NCBI GenBank assembly: GCA_051362555.1
Contig: CM120645.1
Coordinates: 7,502,001 to 7,566,000 of the forward strand
Origin: Lingula anatina
Taxonomy: Eukaryota > Animalia > Brachiopoda
Direction of reading: 5' to 3'
DNA: 64,000 nucleotides
The notes under the pieces are model-generated. The model was not told where the DNA came from, did no database searches, and saw only the letters and a program-made list of their open reading frames with translations. The position numbers and the translations under genes are program-made. How positions within the stretch are numbered: position 1 is the stretch's first letter; every line of letters starts with the position of its first letter. Below are positions 54,951 to 64,000 of this stretch, piece after piece.

Positions 54951-56135
54951 GTGTGAGATAATACACTGTCACCCATGCGATATATGCCATAACACCTCGA
55001 GCGTCAGCGACAGATGTTCATGGCATACATGTATATCGCGAGAGGGTGACAGTGTATTATTTGACATAGGCCTACATACCGAGAACAAATATAGTCATTT
55101 CACCCTAAAACACCCCTAAAACCGAATAAACTAACCCTATATATCGATCTAGAGATGCTATATGGAATAAACTCGACCACGTGCACTGGTCACCTCCCGC
55201 CAAATTCTTACGTAATTTCTGACCAATTTTGTCAATTTTTGCTAAATACGTGTTGTGGAAGTGCAACTCGCTTGAACAGTATTTAATCAACCGTCGACAC
55301 CGACCATGTGTGTCTCAGCTGAGCCACACCTAGCTGGGACTGCTGCAGAAAAAATGTCCCAAGGCAAATCCATTTCTTTGACATTTCTGATAAACAAGGG
55401 CCGTCGGATCGGAATAAAGTCAAATTAATTTTTCACAAGTGCAAAGTAGAAAGAAATTTACGCTTTTGGAATATTTCTGACAACGAGGCAATTTCGGGAT
55501 ATAATTAAAGTCAGACGGATGTTTCTTACGAGTCCACAGGAATAATAATTCTACGTTTTAGTGATGTTTTTTACTACGAGGCGGTTTCGGAATATACATG
55601 TGCTGGTTTTCAGAGCATCCATGTGCTACATGTAAGTACAAGTCCAAAGGGATATTACTGATAAAGAGGAAGAATGAATAGCTTAAAAACAAAAGGTTCA
55701 TAACACAACCATCGTTAAAATATTTTTCGTATGCACGTGGGGTTTAAATGTAAAATAATTCCCGTTTTCAAACCATACCCATATGATATGACTTAGTGTA
55801 GAAAAATGATAAATAATAATTATTGAACATTAAAAGTTTATGCCGATTTTTAAGAGTGTGAGAGATTTTTAATTTGTCTAGGTATAAAACGCAAGCAAAG
55901 TCGCTATTCTCTTGATACCAATCTACTGATTTAACCAAGATGTAGTTGGGAAGTTCTAGACTACATCGAGGTTAAATCCGAGTTTTCCAAGAGACGCTAC
56001 GCAGAAATGTTGAGTGAAGCGAGATATTTCTGGGTAGCGGCTCGAGGTTGCCCTCGATCTTCACTGAAGCTTATCTAAATGGACAGGCTTCAGTGATCAG
56101 CATATCGCCACGGTCACATAACATCCCTAGGTATG
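54951..56135. mobile_element. Second copy of the hairpin element, followed by an inverted partial copy (~56170-56262)
   Basis: Same start gtgtgagataatacactgtcaccc and end acatccctaggtatg as 42137-43470; interrupts the upstream region of TIL copy 10. Confidence 0.75.
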
Positions 56136-56349
56136 TATCATAAGATACATAAGATGTATCATAAGATAAGTCTCTCGGAAAACTCGGATTTAATCTCGAT
56201 GTAGTCTAGAATTTCACTACCACATCTTGGTTAAATCAGTCGAGGTTTCTAAAATGCTGAAGATACATAAAATGTATCATAAGAGCTAGGCCATAAACTG
56301 GGGTTGAAAAGGCCAAGGAAAACGCACAAGGGAAAATGAAGAAGGGGTA

Positions 56350-56576
56350 TATCCTCTTTGCAACCCCACAAATGAAAATATTTGCAGTATTTGTTTTGAT
56401 ATTTATTTTTAGATATAACATTACGTAATTTTAACATTATCTAATGCTATAGGCCTATAATATCGAACACCATTCTTTACTAGTGAGACCTTTCAATAAA
56501 AGCGGCCAAATTTCGAACACTATATTTGCGTTCGTCCTTTACTTATCCTTTCGCTTGGGTTAATGAGGAGACATAC
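56350..56576. repeat. Dispersed repeat end (cctctttgcaaccccacaaatgaaa...ttaatgaggagacata)
   Basis: Near-identical copy at ~60431-60668; start motif also at 36691. Confidence 0.6.
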
Positions 56577-56955
56577 TTGTATATGTTCATTTTGACTTTT
56601 TAAAAATTAACTTTAAGATAAGGATAGCAAGAAGCCAGAGTTAATTTTTAAATTGCAAATCGGCCAACGTTTGCAAATCCATATGACATCAGCTTTCAAC
56701 TTATCAACAAAATTAAACACTATTGTGTAAATGTATGTACATGTGCAGGTACTAGTATATATTGTATTACAAACAAGGACCAATCGATTTAACACAAATG
56801 AATGTTTTAATGTAACTATCACCCACCGTTGCAATTTCCAAACAGCCTATTTATCCTCGTGCGTGTCTTCAACAGTGGTCCTTTCAAGTTTGAATTAAAC
56901 TGGTCAAAATCCAGTCATCGACCACATGTTACAGACGTCTATTATACTTGAATGA

Positions 56956-57677
56956 GCACAGGATTCAAATAACTGCGCATGCGCGAAAAATGCGCTGTTT
57001 GAAATTTAAACAAGTTGGTGAAATTGACAAAGCCTTCCGGTGTTTTCCGTCTGGTTGATTTTATCTAATTTGCTCTCTGGTGTCTTTCTGAAAATTCAAA
57101 TTAGAAATGTTCAATTGATTTTATGTTTAAAAAAGAAAATCCATTGAACTTCCTTAGATTTTTTTACCTTCATTACAAGGGGATTCCCATGGTGTTAAAT
57201 GTGGCCCCAATGGGGATTTTTCACCCCTCCCCCACTCTTGATAAATAAAATGCTCCATGGGACAGATTGAAAATGACATTGCAAAATGCATTTAAAATCG
57301 TAGGAAGGTTAATTGCAGATAATGCTGCGAGGACATCCTTATGCGAGGGCGAACTCGGCCAATATAAAATTTTTAACTTCGTTTAATGTGTTTGGAGCGC
57401 CAGTTCTAATTCTTTTGAAATCGAGGCAATGGCACCAAACAATACAATTTGTAGTTTCGTAAAAATTGCTTTTTTAAAATATAAATCATAGCACGAAGTA
57501 CATCAACTTTTTATCATTATGATCTTCAATAATAATTTAAAATATAAAATATGCGATATAATAAGTATTTTATTCTCGGCCATTTTATTAACTTAATTGA
57601 ATTTATTTTAGTATTTGGAGATTTAAAAGACAAAATTGTCTGGTTCCATATCGAGGCACCACGTATTGTTCGTGTGC
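56956..57677. mobile_element. ~720 bp insertion with 11-12 bp target-site duplication
   Basis: tacttgaatga(g) directly repeated at 56945-56955 and 57678-57688; very short inverted ends gcaca..tgtgc; paralogous spacers carry one copy of the site. Confidence 0.7.
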
Positions 57678-58155
57678 TACTTGAATGAGGACATGCTGGT
57701 GCAATATCACATGACACAGTTCACGTGATCACCAGTCACCGCCCCTTTGAAGATTACGTCATGGCGATGTTATTTACCACTCAATGTACCCTGTACAAGA
57801 TGATTCTGTTATTTCGCTCCCCGTAATAATTTCCAAACATTAACCTGGAGACAAAATTAAATTATACATACAAGCATATTATAACGACAATTTTATGCCA
57901 TACAAAACTGACATCTAATATGGATCATTTGTCTTCTTTTTGCTGTGTTGTATTTGCGCTCGTTACTAAAGTACTTGGGTAAACAAAAGGAAATAAAATG
58001 GATTGCATCCCGTCAACATCTTATATCATAAAAGCCCGAAAATGGCAAAGTATTGCAGATAATCATAATGCTGTTTCTCAATGCTGTTTATTATATTTCA
58101 TTTTAATTAAAATCATACTTGGTGACAGAATATTGAGACGATAGTGCTTGCCGTT

Positions 58156-58642
58156 TCACTGCGGACATTCCTCCCTACTCTTCACACACTGGGTGCTGGT
58201 CTCGCTGAGCCGAATTTTCTTGTCCCGGGGACAAGCACAGCCAGAGACACACACCTGGGCGCAAAGCAATTGCTCCTCTTTCCCGCAAACCGGCGGACAC
58301 GCGGAACCGCAGGAATACCACTCCAAATCTCCTTGACATATTTTACTTGGATTGTTGCTCACCAACTTCTTCACTAGATATGAATCGTACAGGAAAATAT
58401 TAAGGACTCAAGTATACTCTTTTGGTAGTATCTTTTGTTTCTATGTATCATTAAGAATTGTAGAAATCTAAAAAAATGGAAGGCAAAGTTTATACAATCG
58501 CCAAAGGACAAAATGGACTTCGCCAAAATCAGCGTCGGACTGCATGGTTTTCTAAACAGCTACTAATGGCACTTAATTCTTACTTACACGCGCAGTCTAT
58601 CCCAACTGCCAGTAAAACTACGAAGACAATTACTATCTTCAT
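58156..58642 (-). CDS. Secreted TIL inhibitor 11 (subfamily B; loop CAQVC)
   Basis: Exons 58588-58642 (MKIVIVFVVLLAVGIDCA) and 58156-58373 (L-KKLVSNNPSKICQGDLEWYSCGSACPPVCGKEEQLLCAQVCVSGCACPRDKKIRLSETSTQCVKSREECPQ*). Confidence 0.9.
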
Positions 58643-61113
58643 CTTATTAGTGTTGACCTGAAAATATAATGGTTTGAAATAAACGACTGAGAAAACACAT
58701 GGGATGGCATTATATTATGATTCTTATGCAAATTGTTTTGGGCTAAATTAATTTTTTCAGTTTCCGCAAATGCTTTTTTTTAATTTTAAAAAATCCTAGA
58801 TATTTTATCTTAACACTTTTTGCTAAAACAGTGAGATAGCTGAAAGTGACAAGCATGTATGAAGTTTGTGATGACTGAAGATAATTACACAAGAACAATT
58901 ATATGCATGCACTAAGAACATGCGTCTGCCAAAACGGTTCCACTGGGATAAGAATAAAATATTTTGATTCTTAAAATATCTTGGTAAGGTAATCTGGGGA
59001 TAAGTGCATTTATGACATAAGTGACATGCTTCCTGTTCATGCTACCAAGCCTTTCAACAAACATGCATATAATAGAGCCATAGGAAATGACTGCGGTAAA
59101 TTTTTGACTAATCTAGGTTATTTTTGTCACACTTGGCAGTTACTGTAGTGAATATGACATTTTGTAAAGGAACAATTTAATGAGACTGAGCGGGTAGTAT
59201 GCGACGATGCTGGGTGGAACGTGTCGCTTTTGTCACTCATATAATGAGCGGAGCATTCAATGTGCAATATTAATGTTCATTTTTACTTTTAACTCGAAAT
59301 GTCATTACATTAAGTCCTTTTAGATAACAACAGTCAGAGAGTAAGAAGTCGGAGTTAATTTTTAAATTGCAAATCGATCAACGTTTGCAAGTCTATATGC
59401 CATCAACGTTTATCTTATCAAAAAAAATTAAACGTTATTGTGTAAATGCAGGTAAATGAAAAATAACGTATTGTAATACAAACACCGACCCATCGACTTA
59501 ATCAAATAAATGTTTATTATATCTATCACCCACCGTTGCAATTTCCGAACAGCCCGTTGATCTTCCCGTTGGTCTTCAACAGTGGCCCTTTCAAGTTTGA
59601 TTAAAGCTATCGACCATATGTTAAAGTCGTTTATACTTAAATGAGGATATGCTGGCGCAATATCACACGACACAGTACACGTGATCACCAGTCACCACCC
59701 TTAAAGATTACGTCATGGTAATAACATAAAATATCTTGAATCATAAAGGGAAGTTTGGCGTAGACAAACGGTGTTTTATGGCGACGGTTAACTTAATTGA
59801 TTTCATGGGCCGTTGCGTACTTTCATTAGCGGGGGGAAACGGCATCTGGTATTACCAAGTTTAAGGAGTGTCAACAGGGAATGGCATCTGGAATTTACTG
59901 CAATACGCTCCTTGAAAATTATCTGTCCAATCTGGCAGACCCGGTAGCTTTGAAGCGTCACTTTTGCTGAAATTTTAGGTACGCGCTGCCGCATTTATTC
60001 AGTAAACACTGGTGCTCGGCCTCACTTTGTATAAGTTCTTAGCGGAAAGCATAGAATTCAAGATTGATTATATAAGTTGAGCCTCCTGGAAAAATTTTTT
60101 TTTCGTTTGTTTACTTCTTTACTTATTACGAATTCGTTTGTGCGACTCTTGGATCTAACCAAACTTGAATAGACTTTATTGAGAAACGGAACATTCACCA
60201 TTGCAGTTTATTCAATTTTGCCTCGCTGACGATCTTTGTTTGCGTTCCGCTTTTTGTCTGCCAGTATTTCTCTTGATCGGCTTTGTTTGAATGATTCACG
60301 GATCCAACCTAGAAGGAGACTCGTACGAGAAGCGGACCTTTCATTGTACAAGTAAGATATTCTTTTCATTACATTTAAGTTATCTTTGATCACAGTGGGC
60401 TTTTTTTGGCCTTTGCAGCCCAAGGTTTTGGCCTCTTTGCAACCTCACAAATGAAAATATTTGCACTATTTGTTTTGATATTTATTTTTTAAGATATAAC
60501 ATTACGTAATTTTAACTAATTAACATTATCTAATGCTATATAATATCTAACACCATTCTTTACTAGAGGGACCTTTCAATAAAAGCGGCCGCTACCGGCC
60601 AAATTTCGAACACTATATCTGTGTTTGTCATTTACTTATCCTTTCGCTTGGGTTAATGAGGAGACATAAAATACAGTATCTTAGTAAAATAATCTGGGAA
60701 TTAGTGCATTACATGTATGACATAAGCGACGGGCGTCCCGTTCATGTTACCAAGCCTTTAAACAAACGAACATAAAAGAGACCCAAAGGAAACGGCTGCC
60801 AAAAATTGTTGACTAATGTTAGTCATTTTTTTCACACGTAGCAGTTACTGTAGTGATTATGATATTTTATTTAGTGTAAAGTTAATGAGACTAAGCAGGT
60901 AGTATGCGACGATGCTGGATGGAACGTGCCGCTTTTGTCACTCAGTTATATAATGAACGGAGCACAAACGGTAAACAAAAGGAAAAAATTGCATCCGGCC
61001 AGCATCTTATATCATAAAGCCCGAAAATAACAAAATATTGCAAATTATCTTAATTCTGTTTATTATATTATACTTGGTGACAGAATATTGAGACAATATT
61101 GATTGCCGTTTCC

Positions 61114-61622
61114 CTACGGACAGTCCTCCCTGCTCTTCACACACTGGGTGCTGGTCTCGCTGACCCGGATTTTCTTGTCCTGGGGGCAAGCACAGCCAGA
61201 GACACACATCATGAAGCAGAAGAGTTGTTCCTCTTTCCCGCAAACCTGCGGACACGCGGAACCGCAGGAATACCACCGCAAATCTCCCGGACATATTGCA
61301 GTTGGTTTGGATTGCACCAACTTCATAACTAAATATGAATAAATTGTAAATGAATAAAAATCTAATAATATTATACTCGTATTGTAGTATCTACTGTCAC
61401 TTTGTATCGTTACGGTGACTAGAGACTCGTTTTGAAAGAAGAGTTAAGAAATTTAAAAAGAAATTGGAAAGCAAATCAGTTTTATACAATTGCCTATGAA
61501 CAAGAATGACTTCACACAAACAAACGTTGGATAATGGTTTTCTCAACTAATGGCACTTTTTACTTACACTGGCAGTCTATCCAAACTGCTAGTAAAAGTA
61601 CAAAGACAATCACGATCTTCAT
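61114..61622 (-). CDS. Secreted TIL inhibitor 12 (subfamily B; loop CFMMC)
   Basis: Exons 61568-61622 (MKIVIVFVLLLAVWIDCQ) and 61114-61328 (F-MKLVQSKPTAICPGDLRWYSCGSACPQVCGKEEQLFCFMMCVSGCACPQDKKIRVSETSTQCVKSREDCP*). Confidence 0.9.
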
Positions 61623-63043
61623 CTTCTCAAAGGTGCCCTGAAAATAGAATGGTTGCCAATCAACGATAGACAAAATACATGAGGTAGTATTAGATTTTAA
61701 TTCTTATGCATTTTTTTTTTTGGTACCGGTAAATGAACAATTCAGTTTACATAAATGCCTTTTTTTGGCAATTTTAACGATTCATTGTGATTATATCTTT
61801 AAACGTACACTATGCTTAAACATTGAGATAGCAGGAAGTAGCTGGAAGTTTGTGACCACAGGAAATATAGGTCTTGTGCATAATATGAAGCTGCACACTA
61901 CATATGTTTGTGTTGTGATTAGATCGTTTCTTAAAGACAAAGCCAGGGGTTAAAAGTGAGAATGAATACCATGTCACTGGGCTACAGCAAGAATGGATTC
62001 TCATTTTTTTACAATAAACTTGCAAGAAAGACGCAAGAGCAAATACAAATGTATATGCATACGCTAAGAGCCTGCGTCTTCCAAAATGGCTCCACTAGAA
62101 CTATAATAAAATATCTTGAATCTTAAAATATCTTGGTAAAGTAATCTGGGGATCAGTGCATGTATGACATGAGCGAAATTTCATGTTACCAATTAACAAT
62201 TACCTTACTTTTCCAGTGCTAAATTCAATGAGACTAGGCGGGTAGTATACGACGATGCTGGTGATAGATAAGAGTGAAACTTGACGCTTTTTTAACTCCA
62301 TTGTATAATGAGCGGAACATTCGGAGTACGATATGAATATTTATTGTGACTGATAACGCAGTATGTCATTACATGTAAGTCCTTTCAGACAACAACGGCC
62401 AAAGGGTTGGAAGCCAGAGTATTTTTTTTAATTCTTAATTGAATCAACGTTTGCATGTACATGCGGCATCAACTTTCAACTATCCAACGTTTTCATGTAA
62501 AAGCAGGTACTTGTGCGTATTTTAATACAAACCATCGACTAAACACAAGTAAATAGTTTTGAATGCTACTTTTACTCACCGTTGCAATTTCCAAACAATC
62601 GACTGATCTACCTGTTGGTATCCAACAGTAACCTTTTCAAGTTTGATTTAAATTGATCAGAAACAAGAGTTATCTATCGTATGTTACAGTCGTCTATACT
62701 TGAATGAGGATATGCTGGCGCAATATCACATGACACAGCTAGTACACGTGATCACAAGCCACCGCCCTTTAAATATTACGTCAAGGCAATATTATTCACT
62801 TGATGTTGATGTACGCTGTTGTTCATTCTCATATTACCAAACATTTGTCTCTGTGGCACCCACTATAGAAAACGGAAGTTAGCTGGCTTTCAGAAAATTC
62901 TTGTATTTAACACGGTTAAGGTGCCCATAGATGACTAACGTGGAGTGGGGAAAGACCAACTAAGTTTAGGTGCCATGGTGAATTCAGAGACCCAGACTCG
63001 GATGTTCCCTCCAAACCCATTAACTCTTAGAGGTACACACGCT

Positions 63044-63313
63044 TCAGGAAGTCAGTGAATTAATTTCGATCATCTCGGCAGACAGGTCTAATGTGACCTT
63101 ATCAGTGAAAACCACATGATTCCAGAGTTGGTATCTGAAACGGCTGATGGCCTCCAGTTCAATGCAGACAAGGCTTAATTGGGACCGTTTGCCTCTCAAT
63201 GGCCTGTCCCCTGGTTGTACGCTCTTGAAGCCCTGAGTGTGGACTGTACGTACTGTAGGCCCACCATTATGGGCAAAGTTTTTGAATACAGTTGGAAAGG
63301 TCCTTTGTGACAC
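63044..63313 (-). mobile_element. Possible Tc1-like transposase fragment
   Basis: RFRYQLWNHVVFTDKVTL resembles the Tc1 WxxVxFSDExxF motif; no TIRs identified. Confidence 0.4.
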
Positions 63314-64000
63314 AAAGATCTATTTGGCAATGTCCGATGTTTATTATTATTATTATCATTATTATGTGCATGTAGATGTATTGTGGTGGTCTTATAATTT
63401 GTAAAAACGTCAGTACACAGCAGTCGTTGTAACATGTATAGTAGCATATATGTGATTGAAAAGAATCAACAGAAGACACTCCAGTGTTTGATAAACGTAG
63501 GACTTTGTGTTAACATTATAGATTATCTGTCTTACCTAGATAAAGCACATTCACCAAGTTTACATTGGCTATGGTTCCACGATTTTACGATTTTAAGAAA
63601 CGGGTACCCACGTAGATACATTTATCAGTTATCGGAATTATCAAACTCGAAATACATGGCACGTTGGTTATCTATAACATTAAGGCCTACACTACACGTT
63701 TTAAAATGATGTCCATTCATGTAGTGTAGGCCTTCTTAAAAAGTGCAAAATGAACAATAAAGTAAAAAAGGGGGGGTAAGAAGCGTTCTATCCTTGAGGT
63801 TATAAAGGTTAAATGAAGTTAAATGAAATTAAAGGATATCGCTAATCTGCGCCGATATATTATGACGGTGAAAAGCTGCGGCCAGGGATGGAGCGACAAC
63901 AGCTAGCAGTCTAAATCTTTCAGATTTTTTTGACACTTTGAAGTAGTCCTCCAACATTAGAGACTTAAATAGGAGTTAGTTTAGAGTTAATGAATAGGTT

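Noticed and set aside
38788-61342. Recurring + strand ORFs (MIAVSLRTVLP..., MPFHCGQSS...) and alternative minus-frame ORFs over each TIL exon
   Set aside because: Shadow frames of the duplicated GC-richer TIL exons; they recur only because the exon recurs and show no independent splice or promoter signals.
20433-61622. Reading the TIL exons as one multi-TIL (mucin/zonadhesin-like) gene, or as a mutually exclusive exon cassette
   Set aside because: Each TIL exon ends in its own stop and 3' UTR and has its own signal exon; four have their own clear TATA and exon 1.
38900-62800. CRISPR-like or diversity-generating-retroelement explanation for repeats with variable cores
   Set aside because: Eukaryotic intron-containing genes in kb-scale duplicated units; no short repeat-spacer array, no intact reverse transcriptase, no template/variable repeat pair.

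Overview
AT-rich animal (probably marine invertebrate; no firm taxon call) genomic DNA with GT-AG introns, microsatellites and many small transposon insertions. It reads as an innate-defence locus. (1) 1-2.3 kb: last coding exon and long 3' UTR of an upstream + strand gene. (2) About 2.6-19.7 kb: heavily decayed minus-strand LRR, LRR-CT and TIR-like fragments (probably several Toll-like-receptor-type pseudogenes) surrounding an intact 488-aa ORF with an unusual RING + B-box + coiled-coil + PDZ (TRIM-PDZ) architecture. (3) 20.4-62.8 kb: a head-to-tail minus-strand array of small secreted single-domain TIL (trypsin-inhibitor-like, 10-Cys) genes. By hand I reconstruct 12 TIL exons and 13 signal-peptide exons, joined by a phase-1 intron wherever both exons are present: 10 apparently intact genes, one copy that lost its ATG, one frameshifted chimeric copy and one orphan signal exon. 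They form two subfamilies, and the C5-x3-C6 reactive loop is hypervariable on a nearly invariant scaffold. All gene models and motif calls were read by eye; no database searches or alignments were run.
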